DNA of 64,000 nucleotides from an uncultured Gemmatimonadota bacterium (GTDB lineage Bacteria; JAAXHH01): NCBI GenBank assembly GCA_951812955.1, contig OX638340.1, positions 3,456,001 to 3,520,000 of the forward strand, read 5' to 3'. Shown piece by piece: positions 33,474 to 44,002 of this stretch (position 1 is its first letter; each line of letters starts with the position of its first letter). The notes under the pieces were generated by a model. It saw only the letters and a program-made list of their open reading frames with translations, ran no database searches and was not told where the DNA came from. The position numbers and the translations under genes were made by a program.

Positions 33474-34205
33474 TTAGAAATTCAATACGTTCGAACGGTA
33501 TCGCAATGGATCGTGTTCTATATATCCACCCGATAATGTGTGTTCGCCTAACGTAACATCACCGACCATTCTGTAGAGTCCGGACTCGGTCGGCGTGTAT
33601 ACGCATAGCCGGTTATCGTTGCGCACCGTTCCAGGTATGGTCGTCCAGCCGAATTCGTCCTGACGTTGCCACCTTGAATGGTGAAACTGGTATTGTACCC
33701 TCTCGTAAACAGATTGAGGATCGACTTCAATACAGGAACCGGAACCCTGCGCGGACAATTCAAAGAACTCCACGCTATCTGTAGTGACGATCAGCCTGGG
33801 CAATATGTGATAGCTTTCGTCATCGTCGGGATGGGCTGGAGCGTTTACCGTTACGGCAATGGTGATCGTGGCACTGTTCCCGCCGGGGTCGGAGGCATTG
33901 ACGGAAGCCGTAGCGCTTCCCTCGGCCAATGGCGTGATCGTCAGGACCGAACCGGACATGGCGACCGAAAGGACCGATGTATCGCTCGATTCCGCCGAGT
34001 ATCTCAGGGACCGCTCCTCGGGATCCTTGAAGGCCGTCGCGAAATCAATCATCAAACGCTCTTGCTCGGCAGTCAGCGTCTGCGCTTCAAAGGTCTCGAC
34101 AACCGTGGGCGGGAAATCCTGTGGGGGTCTTGGCTCTACGCTTTTCTCGCCGCCGCATCCCATGGCCAGGGAAACCAGCAGCATAGACATCGTAATGAAT
34201 TTCAT
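33474..34205 (-). CDS. lipoprotein with cadherin-like Ig domain
   Basis: Signal plus lipobox MKFITMSMLLVSLAMGCGGEKS. Cadherin-like unit LRYSAESSDTSVLSVAMSGSVLTITPLAEGSATASVNASDPGGNSATITIAVTV, the same domain type as in 52382..54145 and 26693..30154. Confidence 0.6.
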   Translation of the reverse strand: MKFITMSMLLVSLAMGCGGEKSVEPRPPQDFPPTVVETFEAQTLTAEQERLMIDFATAFKDPEERSLRYSAESSDTSVLSVAMSGSVLTITPLAEGSATASVNASDPGGNSATITIAVTVNAPAHPDDDESYHILPRLIVTTDSVEFFELSAQGSGSCIEVDPQSVYERVQYQFHHSRWQRQDEFGWTTIPGTVRNDNRLCVYTPTESGLYRMVGDVTLGEHTLSGGYIEHDPLRYRSNVLNF

Positions 34206-34536
34206 GGGTTTCTCCCTCCTTATCGAAATGCCCGATCTTTCACGAATCCCGCTTCACTAACGTCTGAATGACCTGGTACCTCCCCAAGTAAGACTGACCG
34301 TGTCCCATACGGCCGATTTCCATTTTATCACATATAATACCAATAATATCACATAAAGATCATATATAACGGGTTTGGGATCCGGATAATTGTCGTGTCG
34401 GGTAAGTTTTCCGTTGTTATTCATTATTATGATTCATAATTATGTATATATCAATTCCTAAAATTACGGCTCGTTCTTTAGTGAACATACGTGGCGGCAT
34501 TTACTTCGCCATGTTTCATCCAAGGAGCGTACTTCG

Positions 34537-37500
34537 ATGTTTTTCGAGTCCCGACGGACTTTTAGGCGGTTCGGACGCGCCCGCGTCCAGTTGCTCGTTT
34601 CCCTGTCCTTAATCCTTGCCCTATCCTTGCTCGTCACGTGCGCCAGGGACAACCCCACGCAGTCCCGGTCCGCGGTCACGGCCCGGGTCGTGGTCACGCC
34701 CGAGACCACGGACCTGGCATCGGCAGGACAGTCCGTGCTTCTCAGCGCCCAGGCGCTTGACGACGCCGGCCTGGAAGTCTCGGAGACTCCTGTCACCTGG
34801 CGCAGCAGCGACCCGTCCGTTGCAAGTGTGAGCAAGAACGGCGTGGTCATCGCTACCGGCGAAGGCAGCGTGGTCATAACGGCCATGGCCGGCCAGAAGA
34901 CGGGAAGCGCGCGGGTGACGGTGTCGGATCCGGTGAGGCGGGCCCTGGTCGCCCTGTACAGGGCCACGGGCGGCGAGAACTGGAAGAACAGCGCGAACTG
35001 GCTCAGCGATGAACCCGTTCAGAGATGGCATGGGGTGACAACCGCTGCCGCGGGTAGCGCGTCGGGAACGCGTCCGCGCGCCGATGCGGCTGGCGCGGCG
35101 CTGAATCTGCCCGACAACGGCCTGTCTGGTACGATCCCGCCGGAACTGGGCGACCTGGTCCATCTGCGCGAACTGGACCTGTCCAACAACGGGTTGACGG
35201 GATCGATTCCACCGGAACTGGGCAACCTGTTCCGGCTCGAATTGCTGGATCTCTCCGGTAACCGGTTGTCCGGACCTGTCCCTGCGGAACTGGGCAATTT
35301 GTTTGTCCTGAAGTCTCTGCAACTACAGGACAACGCCGGATTATCCGGTCCCCTTCCTGTTTCTTTCTCCGGCCTGACGGGTCTGGAGACCATGGACCTG
35401 TCGGGCACGGGATTGTGCGCGCCGGCGAACGCGGGGCTTCAGAGGTGGCTCGGAGGAGTGACGACAAGACGGGGCGTCGCGAACTGCGGAGCCGTTGCCG
35501 AACAGGACCGGAAGGCGCTGATCGCGCTGTACGAGACCACGGACGGCCCGAACTGGACGAACAAGACGAACTGGCTGAGCGGGGCCGCTCTCGACCGTTG
35601 GTACGGAGTCTCCACCAACGCGGAAGGGCGTGTAACCGCCCTGCGTCTTTCCGGCAACCGGCTGTCCGGACTCATTCCGACGGCGCTGGGCAACCTAGCC
35701 GCGCTGGTTTCCCTGGACCTCGGGAGCAATGAGCTTTCCGGTACCATACCCGGGGTGTTGGGCAACCTGTCCGCGCTGGTTTCTCTGGACCTGTCCGACA
35801 ACCGGCTGTCGGGACCGATCCCGACAGTCCTGCTCACCCTACATAATCTGCAGACGCTGGACCTGTCCGGCAACCTGTTCGATCTTGAGGAGTCCACGGA
35901 CCGCGACGCCCTGGTCGCCCTGTACAACGCCACAGACGGTCCGAACTGGGTGCGAAAAGACAACTGGCTGAGCGACAGGCCGCTGGGCGAATGGTACGGG
36001 GTGACTACAGACTCTACGGGGAGGGTGACGGAACTTAATCTATGGACTCTAGATGAAGATAACAGATCCGCTAGCAATGGGTTGGCAGGTAGTATCCCGC
36101 CAGAGTTGGGCAACCTGACTAAACTGACACAGCTGGATCTTCGTCGCAATAGGTTATCGGGTAGTATACCACCGGAATTGGGCAACCTGACCAAACTGAA
36201 AACTCTGAGCCTTTCCATCAACGAGTTGTCAGGCCGCATCCCACCGGAACTGGGCAACCTGACCAACCTGATCTGGTTGTGGCTCGACCGTAATCAGTTG
36301 TCAGGCCGCATCCCACCCGAACTAGGTAGCCTGATCAAGTTGGATCAACTGTGGTTACAAGGAAATCAGTTGTCAGGCAGTATTCCATCGGAACTGGGCA
36401 ACTTGAGTAGCCTGAGGCAGCTAGCTCTTATGTCCAGCGGTTTGTCGGGCAGTATACCAGCGGAACTGGGCCGCCTGACCAACCTGATCTGGTTGTGGCT
36501 CGAAGATAATCAACTGTCAGGCCGCATCCCTTCAGAGTTGGGCAATCTGACCCGCCTGGAATCCCTGAGTCTTAACGGAAATGAGTTATCGGGCAGTCTC
36601 CCTTCGGAGTTGGGCAACCTGAGCAACCTGAAACGCCTGTATCTTTTTGACAATACCAATCTGTCGGGTCCGCTGCCCGATTCATTCACTCATCTCAATA
36701 TCGCCAGCCTGTTTCTACGTGGCACGGGGTTGTGTGTGCCGACGGACGCCGCGTTCCAGGCGTGGCTGCAGGGAATCAGGAATAAGGATGGTGTGGTGAA
36801 CTGCACGCTCGCGACGGATGATCGCGACGCCCTGGTCGCCCTGTACAACGCCACCGACGGGCCGAACTGGCGGAACGGCAGGAACTGGCTGAGTGACAGG
36901 CCGCTCGAAGAGTGGTACGGGGTCTCCACCAACGCGGAAGGACGCGTGGACAGCCTGAAGCTATTAGGAAATCGGCTATCGGGCAGCATTTCATCGGAAT
37001 TGGGTAACCTGAGCAACCTGCAAGTCCTGGATCTTCAACGCAATACTGGTTTGTCAGGCAGCATCCCGCCGGAGTTGGGCAATCTGACCAACCTGGAAGT
37101 GCTTGAATTTGATAGAGTTCCTTTGTCAGGCAGCATCCCGCCGGAGTTGGGCAAATTGAGGAACCTGCGTTATCTGGGTCTTTCCCGTAACCAGTTGTCA
37201 GGCCAGGTCCCATCAGAGTTGGGAAACCTGACCAATCTGGAAGTTCTGTGGCTTCACTTCAACGCCAATCTGTCCGGTTCTCTGCCCGCGTCACTCACTG
37301 ATCTCGATAAACTCCGAATCGTGAATCTACGAGGAACCGGGTTGTGCGCGCCGACGGACGCTGCGTTCCAGGCATGGCTGCAGGGCATAGGGAGCAAGAG
37401 TGGTGTGGTGAACTGCGACCCGGTGGGCCCTGTCCCGGGGGACGACCGCGCCGTCCTGGTCGCCCTGTACAACGCCACGGACGGGCCGAACTGGCGGAAC

Positions 37501-40500
37501 GGCACGAACTGGCTGAGTGACAGGCCGCTGAACGAGTGGTATGGGGTCGAGACCAACGCGGCGGGAAGGGTGACGGAACTGAGTCTTTTCGAAGTCGATG
37601 CAAACAACAGGCTAGTTCCCTACGGATTGTCGGGAAGCATTCCGCCGGAACTGGGCAACCTGAGCGAGTTGCAGGCACTGTATCTTCACGGCAACGAGTT
37701 GTCAGGCCGTATCCCGCCGCAACTGGGAAATCTGAGTAAACTTGTAGCCCTGGGCCTTTCCGAAAACGACTTGTCTGGCCGCATTCCGCCGGAACTGGGC
37801 AGTTTGAGTGAGCTAACACACCTGTGGCTTTATGGAAACCAGTTAACGGGCGGTGTCCCTTCGTCCCTGGGCAACCTGAGCAAACTGGAACGCCTGTATC
37901 TACATGCCAACAGCGGGCTTACCGGTCCCTTGCCTGATTCGTTCACCCAACTCAAACAACTGTTTCTACTGAGGCAGGACGGCACGGGCTTGTGCGTTCC
38001 GACAGACACCGCATTCCAGGAGTGGCTTGCTGGAATTCAAGTCAAGACAGGGGTGGTGAACTGCTCGACTCCCGACTCGGACGACCGTGCTGCCCTGATT
38101 GCGCTTTACAACGCCACCGACGGGCCGAACTGGCTTTTCAGCACGAACTGGCTGAGCGACAGGCCGCTCGAAGCGTGGTACGGGGTTACGACCGATGCGA
38201 CGGGTCGCGTTGTTCGGCTGAGTCTACCCGACAACCAGTTATCGGGTTCTATCCCCGCGCAACTGGGCAACCTGAGCAAGTTGAGAGATCTGACCTTGCG
38301 CAGCAACCCTTTATCGGGCCGTATCCCGCCTGAGTTGGGCAACCTGAACAACCTCGAACTGGTTGATTTTCAAGGCATCAGGTTTACGGGAAGTATCCCT
38401 CCGGAACTGGGTAACCTGACCAACCTGGAACATCTGTACATTACCTTCAGCCCGTTGTCAGGGAGTATCCCTCCAGAGTTGGGTAACATGACCAATCTGA
38501 AATCGCTCAACCTTTGGGGCAATCAGTTGTCAGGGCGTATTCCTTCTGAACTGGGCAACCTGACCAACCTGACATGGCTGGCTCTCAGCAACAATCAGTT
38601 GTCGGGCAGCATCCCTTCGGCCCTTGGCAACCTGAGCAATCTGCAAGGGTTGCTTCTTGACGGCAACTCCGCTCTGTCGGGTCCGCTTCCCGCTTCTTTC
38701 ACCGGTCTCGACCGGGTCGGGCGACTGGATCTTCTTGGTACGGGGCTGTGCGTGCCAACGGACGCAGCACTCCAGGCATGGCTCCAGGGGATCGGAACCA
38801 AGAGCGGTGTCGAGAACTGCACGCCCTCCGACTCGGACGACCGCGCCGCCCTGGTCGCCCTGTATAACGCGACCGACGGACCGAACTGGACGAGAAACGA
38901 CAACTGGCTGAGCGACCGGCCGCTGGGAGAGTGGTACGGGGTGACCACCGACTCTGAGGGTAGAGTGACACAGCTGCGGTTCGTAGGTGCAGATGGTTTA
39001 AGTGGCAACGGATTGTCGGGTTCGATCCCCCCGGAACTGGGAAGCCTGAGCGACCTGACATGGCTGAGCCTTCAGCATAACCAGTTGTCGGGCAGCATCC
39101 CTTCTACACTGGGAGACCTGAATAACCTGAGATGGCTGCAACTTTACAATAACCAGTTGTCAGGCAGCATCCCATCTGCACTGGGTAACCTGAGCAATCT
39201 GCAAGAGCTGACCCTTTACCGTAACCAGTTGTCGGGCAGCATCCCATCTGCGCTGGGCAACCTGGGCAACCTGCAAACCCTGGCTCTTAGAAACAACCAG
39301 TTGTCGGGCAGCATTCCATCTGCGCTGGGCAACCTGAGCAACCTGCAAACCCTGGATCTTCAAGTAAACACGGGCCTGACCGGTCCTCTGCCAGCCTCCC
39401 TCACAAATCTCGATGAACTGAATTACCTGTCTCTAAACGGCACAGGGTTGTGTGCACCGACGGAAGCGGCGTTCCAGTCATGGCTCGACGGGATACCAAA
39501 CAAGAGCGTTGTGGTGAACTGCTTCGTGGAGCAGGAAGACCGTGACGCCCTGGTCGCACTGTACAACGCCACGGATGGACCGAACTGGATGAACAACACG
39601 AACTGGCTGAGCGACGACCCGATTGGCAATTGGTACGGGGTGACCACCAACGCCGAAGGGAGGGTAACACGTCTTGGCCTGTACACTATAGTCAACAATA
39701 CATTTACCAGCAACGGTTTGTCCGGTCGCATCCCGCCGGAACTGGGCCGGCTGAGTAAGCTGGAAGTCCTTCGGCTTAGTCCAAACGAGTTGTCCGGTTC
39801 GATCCCGTCGGAGCTGAGCAACCTGAGCAACTTGACACGGCTTGAACTTGGCGGTAATGAGTTGTCGGGCAGCATTCCGCCGGAGTTGGGCAACCTGAGC
39901 AAACTGACAAGTCTGGGTCTTGCCGTCAATGAGTTGTCAGGTAGCATCCCGCCCGAGTTGGGTAATCTGACCAACCTGGAAGAATTGTATCTTCGCAACA
40001 ACACCGGCCTGTCGGGTCCTCTGCCCCATTCGTTCACTCATCTCGAAGATCTCAACGAACTGCTTATGGATGGAACGGGACTGTGCGTGCCGGCGGACGC
40101 CGAGTTTCAGGCGTGGCTAGACGGTATTCAAGGCAGGAAATGGGGGGTGGTGAATTGCGTCTCGCCTTCACCGGACCGTGACGCCCTGGTCGCACTGTAC
40201 AACGCCACGGATGGACCGAACTGGATGAACAACACGAACTGGCTGAGCGACAGGCCGATCGGAGAGTGGTACGGCGTGAGCGTAGACGCCGAAGGGAGCG
40301 TAACAAGCCTTCGCCTGTTCACTGATTCAACATCCAGCAACGCGTTTACCGGCAACGGGTTGTCGGGCAGCATCCCGCCGGAACTGGGTAACCTGGGCAG
40401 CTTACAATCGCTGGATCTTCGCTTCAACAGGTTGTCGGGGAGCATCCCTTCGGCCCTGGGCAACCTGGGGAACTTACAATCGCTGGATCTTCGCTTCAAT

Positions 40501-41769
40501 GTGTTGTCGGGCAGCATCCCTTCGGCCCTGGGCAACCTGGGCAACCTGACACACCTGTATCTCGAAAACAACCAGTTATCGGGCAGCATCCCGCCGGAAC
40601 TGGGCAACCTGGGCAACCTGACACTCCTGTCCCTGTTCTATAATGAGTTGTCGGGCAGTATCCCTTCGGCCCTGGGCAACCTGGGCAACCTGACACACCT
40701 GTATCTTGACGACAACCAGTTGTCGGGCAGCATCCCTTCGGCCCTGGGCAACCTGGGGAACCTGACGCGCCTGATACTTGACAACAACCAGTTGTCGGGG
40801 AGCATCCCGGGGAATCTGGCCCGTCTGCTCGACCTGGAATACCTGTGGCTTGACGGCAACGCGGATCTTACCGGGAGCCTGCCTGTATTTTTCGCCGATC
40901 TTTTAGATAACCTTCGTTCCCTTCGTCTGGAAGGCACGGGACTTTGCGCGCCAGGGACCGCCGATTTCCAGCGTTGGCTCCGCGGGATTGAAGAAAAGAA
41001 CGGTGTGGTGAACTGCGCCGCACAAGATCGGTCCGCCCTGGTCGCCCTGTACAACGCGACCAACGGCCCGAATTGGGAGCGCGACGACAACTGGCTGAGC
41101 AATAGACCCCTTGGAGAGTGGTACGGTGTCAGAACCGACGGAATCGGACGCGTGAGCAGTCTGAATCTCAGAGGCAACCAGTTATCGGGCAGCATCCCGT
41201 CGGAGTTGGGCAGCCTGAACAACCTGGAATCTCTGTGGCTTTCCGGTGGTTTGTCGGGTAGCATTCCATCATCCCTGGGCAACCTGAGCAATCTGGAGCT
41301 CCTGTATCTTGTCAGCCCGTCCAGCGGCGGGTTGTCAGGCAGTATTCCATCATCCCTGGGCAACCTGGGCAACCTGGAACTCCTGGTGCTTGCCGGCCGC
41401 CAGTTTGGCAGCATCCCTTCGTGGATGGGCAACCTGGGCGACCTGGAGCAATTGGTGTTACACGGTGTATCGGGCAGTATCCCGTCAGCACTGGGCAACC
41501 TGAGCAACTTGAAATCACTAAATCTTGCTTACAACGACGGGTTGATCGGCAGCATCCCACCGGCACTGGGCAACCTGGGCAACCTGACATCTATGAATCT
41601 TTTCGACAGCTCCAACCTGTCCGGTCCCCTTCCTACCTCGCTTACCCGTCTTGATCTTCTTGATACCCTGGACATTCGATTTACAGGCTTATGTGCGCCT
41701 CGGATCGCCTCGTTCCAGGCGTGGCTCCGGGGGATTGACGACAAACGGGGTGTGGTGAACTGCCAATAA
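34537..41769 (+). CDS. giant LRR lipoprotein (2410 aa): one Big_2 domain followed by ~9 tandem modules of [plant-LRRNT-like N-cap + 4-9 plant-type LRRs + Cys-pair C-cap]
   Basis: Signal plus lipobox ...LSLLVTCARDNP. The N-cap D(R/Q)DALVALYNATDGPNW.N.TNWLSDRPLGEWYGVTTD..GRVTEL.L recurs ~9 times. The repeats are L..L..L.L..N.LSGSIP.ELGNL.NL. The C-caps are LSGPLPDSFT.L..L.L.GTGLCVPTDAAFQAWLQGI...GVVNC. The many minus-strand ORFs inside (35439..36266, 39423..40037, 40638..41507 and others) are antisense artefacts of the repeats. Confidence 0.9.
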   Translation: MFFESRRTFRRFGRARVQLLVSLSLILALSLLVTCARDNPTQSRSAVTARVVVTPETTDLASAGQSVLLSAQALDDAGLEVSETPVTWRSSDPSVASVSKNGVVIATGEGSVVITAMAGQKTGSARVTVSDPVRRALVALYRATGGENWKNSANWLSDEPVQRWHGVTTAAAGSASGTRPRADAAGAALNLPDNGLSGTIPPELGDLVHLRELDLSNNGLTGSIPPELGNLFRLELLDLSGNRLSGPVPAELGNLFVLKSLQLQDNAGLSGPLPVSFSGLTGLETMDLSGTGLCAPANAGLQRWLGGVTTRRGVANCGAVAEQDRKALIALYETTDGPNWTNKTNWLSGAALDRWYGVSTNAEGRVTALRLSGNRLSGLIPTALGNLAALVSLDLGSNELSGTIPGVLGNLSALVSLDLSDNRLSGPIPTVLLTLHNLQTLDLSGNLFDLEESTDRDALVALYNATDGPNWVRKDNWLSDRPLGEWYGVTTDSTGRVTELNLWTLDEDNRSASNGLAGSIPPELGNLTKLTQLDLRRNRLSGSIPPELGNLTKLKTLSLSINELSGRIPPELGNLTNLIWLWLDRNQLSGRIPPELGSLIKLDQLWLQGNQLSGSIPSELGNLSSLRQLALMSSGLSGSIPAELGRLTNLIWLWLEDNQLSGRIPSELGNLTRLESLSLNGNELSGSLPSELGNLSNLKRLYLFDNTNLSGPLPDSFTHLNIASLFLRGTGLCVPTDAAFQAWLQGIRNKDGVVNCTLATDDRDALVALYNATDGPNWRNGRNWLSDRPLEEWYGVSTNAEGRVDSLKLLGNRLSGSISSELGNLSNLQVLDLQRNTGLSGSIPPELGNLTNLEVLEFDRVPLSGSIPPELGKLRNLRYLGLSRNQLSGQVPSELGNLTNLEVLWLHFNANLSGSLPASLTDLDKLRIVNLRGTGLCAPTDAAFQAWLQGIGSKSGVVNCDPVGPVPGDDRAVLVALYNATDGPNWRNGTNWLSDRPLNEWYGVETNAAGRVTELSLFEVDANNRLVPYGLSGSIPPELGNLSELQALYLHGNELSGRIPPQLGNLSKLVALGLSENDLSGRIPPELGSLSELTHLWLYGNQLTGGVPSSLGNLSKLERLYLHANSGLTGPLPDSFTQLKQLFLLRQDGTGLCVPTDTAFQEWLAGIQVKTGVVNCSTPDSDDRAALIALYNATDGPNWLFSTNWLSDRPLEAWYGVTTDATGRVVRLSLPDNQLSGSIPAQLGNLSKLRDLTLRSNPLSGRIPPELGNLNNLELVDFQGIRFTGSIPPELGNLTNLEHLYITFSPLSGSIPPELGNMTNLKSLNLWGNQLSGRIPSELGNLTNLTWLALSNNQLSGSIPSALGNLSNLQGLLLDGNSALSGPLPASFTGLDRVGRLDLLGTGLCVPTDAALQAWLQGIGTKSGVENCTPSDSDDRAALVALYNATDGPNWTRNDNWLSDRPLGEWYGVTTDSEGRVTQLRFVGADGLSGNGLSGSIPPELGSLSDLTWLSLQHNQLSGSIPSTLGDLNNLRWLQLYNNQLSGSIPSALGNLSNLQELTLYRNQLSGSIPSALGNLGNLQTLALRNNQLSGSIPSALGNLSNLQTLDLQVNTGLTGPLPASLTNLDELNYLSLNGTGLCAPTEAAFQSWLDGIPNKSVVVNCFVEQEDRDALVALYNATDGPNWMNNTNWLSDDPIGNWYGVTTNAEGRVTRLGLYTIVNNTFTSNGLSGRIPPELGRLSKLEVLRLSPNELSGSIPSELSNLSNLTRLELGGNELSGSIPPELGNLSKLTSLGLAVNELSGSIPPELGNLTNLEELYLRNNTGLSGPLPHSFTHLEDLNELLMDGTGLCVPADAEFQAWLDGIQGRKWGVVNCVSPSPDRDALVALYNATDGPNWMNNTNWLSDRPIGEWYGVSVDAEGSVTSLRLFTDSTSSNAFTGNGLSGSIPPELGNLGSLQSLDLRFNRLSGSIPSALGNLGNLQSLDLRFNVLSGSIPSALGNLGNLTHLYLENNQLSGSIPPELGNLGNLTLLSLFYNELSGSIPSALGNLGNLTHLYLDDNQLSGSIPSALGNLGNLTRLILDNNQLSGSIPGNLARLLDLEYLWLDGNADLTGSLPVFFADLLDNLRSLRLEGTGLCAPGTADFQRWLRGIEEKNGVVNCAAQDRSALVALYNATNGPNWERDDNWLSNRPLGEWYGVRTDGIGRVSSLNLRGNQLSGSIPSELGSLNNLESLWLSGGLSGSIPSSLGNLSNLELLYLVSPSSGGLSGSIPSSLGNLGNLELLVLAGRQFGSIPSWMGNLGDLEQLVLHGVSGSIPSALGNLSNLKSLNLAYNDGLIGSIPPALGNLGNLTSMNLFDSSNLSGPLPTSLTRLDLLDTLDIRFTGLCAPRIASFQAWLRGIDDKRGVVNCQ

Positions 41770-41798
41770 ATACCGTGTAAGAGATTCCCGGGAGTAAC

Positions 41799-43454
41799 AT
41801 GCTCAGAATGAACCAACGAATTCTGCTGATATTCATTGGTCTGTCGTTGTTTACATTGACTTCCTGTGGCAAGGACAGTCCGACCGAACCCGAGCTGCCT
41901 GAATCACCACCTCCCCCACCCATACCCTCCCGGATCGTGATTACCCCTTCGTCGGTGACGCTCGATGCCATAGGACAGACTGGTCAGTTGACAGCTCAGG
42001 TATTCGATCAGAACAACGCGCTCATGAGCAGCGCGGTAGTCACCTGGACCGGCAGCGATGACGCCGTAGCGACAGTCAGCACTGCCGGATTGGTGACGGG
42101 GGTCGGAAATGGAAGCGCCAGCATCACGGCCAGGTCGGGCGGCTCTTCCGCGAGCGTAAACGTAACGGTCATGCAAACTGCCCACGGTATAGCCATCGAA
42201 CCGCAGACGGCGACGCTCACGGCAATCGGCGAGACCATGCAGTTGACCGCGACCGTACTGGACCGGAACGAACAGCCCGTGGCTGGCGTTGCCGTCTCAT
42301 GGACCAGTAGCGACACAGGCGTTGCGACGGTCGACGATGAGGGACTGGTGACGGCGCTCAGTAGCGGCGAGGTCCGGATCACTGCGTCGCACGGCGGCAT
42401 ATCTGACACTGTCCAGATCAAAGTAGATATCGCCAGTCCCGACAGAGGTACATTGATTACGCTCTACAACGCCCTTGACGGACCGAACTGGACGCACAGT
42501 GCCAACTGGCTATCCAACCGGCTTCTGGGTACATGGCACGGTGTGGAGACCGACGATAATGGAAGAGTCACTAGTCTGAGTCTTTCAGACAACAACCTCA
42601 GCGGCAGTATTCCGCCGGAGTTAGGGAACCTGACCAACCTACAAGAGCTGGATCTTCACGAAAACGCGCAGTTGTCTTGTAGCATTCCGCCGGAGTTGGG
42701 GAACCTGACCAACCTGCGACGACTAAGTTTATTTTCCACTCCGTTTTTACCGGCGATCTTCCCGCCAAGTTGGGATCCTGTACCCAACCCGTTGTGCAGC
42801 ATCCCTGCGGAGTTGGGGAACCTGACCAACCTGCAGGAACTGCGTCTTGGCCTCCACGATTTATCTGGTGGCATCCCTCCGGAGTTGGGGAACCTGACCA
42901 ACCTGCAAAGGTTGGACCTCAGCTTCAACGCATTGTCTGGTAGTATTCCATCGGAGTTGGGGAACCTGGCCAACCTGTATTGGTTGGACCTCAGCATCAA
43001 CGCATTGTCTGGTAGCATTCCGTCGAAGTTGGGGAACCTGGCCAACCTGCAAATACTAAATCTTAACCTCAACGGTTTATTTGGTGGCATCCCTCCTGAG
43101 TTGGGAAACTTGTCCAACCTGCAAGCGTTGGAGCTTGGTTTCAACCGGCTATCTGGTGGCATCCCTCCTGAGTTGGGGAACTTGGCCAACCTGAAAGCGT
43201 TGGAGCTTGGTTTCAACAGATTGTCCGGGAGCGTTCCACCGGAATTGGGAAACCTCTCCGAACTCACGCATCTGTCATTGAGTTACAATGAGGACCTGAC
43301 GGGTCCTCTGCCCGACACATTCACCAGCCTCGACAACCTCCAGTGGCTGATTCTGGATTCTACCGGTTTGTGCGTGCCGTCGGACGCCGCGTTCCAGACG
43401 TGGTTAGAGCATATTCTGGTTGCCCCTGAAGAGGTGTACTGCGAAGCGATGTAG
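41799..43454 (+). CDS. LRR lipoprotein (lipobox, poly-Pro linker, 3x Big_2, one LRR block)
   Basis: MLRMNQRILLIFIGLSLFTLTSCGKDSP; PESPPPPPIP linker; Big_2 repeats (VTWTGSDD..., VSWTSSDT...); N-cap LITLYNALDGPNWTHSANWLSNRLLGTWHGVETDDNGRVTSLSL; ~11 LRRs including degenerate ones; C-cap ...TGLCVPSDAAFQTWLEHI...C. Confidence 0.85.
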   Translation: MLRMNQRILLIFIGLSLFTLTSCGKDSPTEPELPESPPPPPIPSRIVITPSSVTLDAIGQTGQLTAQVFDQNNALMSSAVVTWTGSDDAVATVSTAGLVTGVGNGSASITARSGGSSASVNVTVMQTAHGIAIEPQTATLTAIGETMQLTATVLDRNEQPVAGVAVSWTSSDTGVATVDDEGLVTALSSGEVRITASHGGISDTVQIKVDIASPDRGTLITLYNALDGPNWTHSANWLSNRLLGTWHGVETDDNGRVTSLSLSDNNLSGSIPPELGNLTNLQELDLHENAQLSCSIPPELGNLTNLRRLSLFSTPFLPAIFPPSWDPVPNPLCSIPAELGNLTNLQELRLGLHDLSGGIPPELGNLTNLQRLDLSFNALSGSIPSELGNLANLYWLDLSINALSGSIPSKLGNLANLQILNLNLNGLFGGIPPELGNLSNLQALELGFNRLSGGIPPELGNLANLKALELGFNRLSGSVPPELGNLSELTHLSLSYNEDLTGPLPDTFTSLDNLQWLILDSTGLCVPSDAAFQTWLEHILVAPEEVYCEAM

Positions 43455-43459
43455 GGCAG

Positions 43460-43700
43460 CGTGATGCCTTGATCTCCCTTCGCAACGTCATCGACGCCCT
43501 CGCCCGACACCGCTTTATACGCTGTCTTGGTTGCACCTCCAGCGCGATGGACATGGCCGGTGATGACCGTCGCCGCGTGCGTCTCGCCGCGCGGATCGGT
43601 TCCACTCCCGATACGACTCGAACACGGGAAGGCCTCTGCAGGATTCGGAGAAACTTGACCGAAAACTGCAGGCGCCTTTTGTTTAGAGATTTTTAGAATA
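43460..43700 (+). pseudogene. remnant of an autotransporter-like 3' end (paralog of the end of 26693..30154) plus a copy of the 3'-flank terminator element
   Basis: gcgatggacatggccggtgatgaccgtcgccgcgtgcgtctcgccgcgcggatcggt (43545-43600) matches 29980-30040 (AMDMTGDDRSRMRLGARFGS). The following 43610-43700 matches 30250-30340. There is no intact ORF. Confidence 0.6.
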
Positions 43701-44002
43701 TCCGCAAGCAGCGGTCCGGAACCCTGCATCGATGGTTTTCTAGGGTAGAAATGAAACCGGAACTATACGTCTTGCGTTTCAATATCTAGTAGCGGTACTT
43801 TGACGTAACCATCCTGTCCTGCATACCATCGTGTGAAGCCGTCATTTCCTGCGTAATGACGGTCGTCCCAACAGGCGATCCGGATCCAGGCTCAGTTGAG
43901 ACCCTGCGACGGCGCCCGTCCTTAACCAGCGCCAAACCATCCGAAACCAGGATGAACATGGCCGAATCAGGTAGTTCCAACTGCCATGACAGGAGAACGG
44001 AA

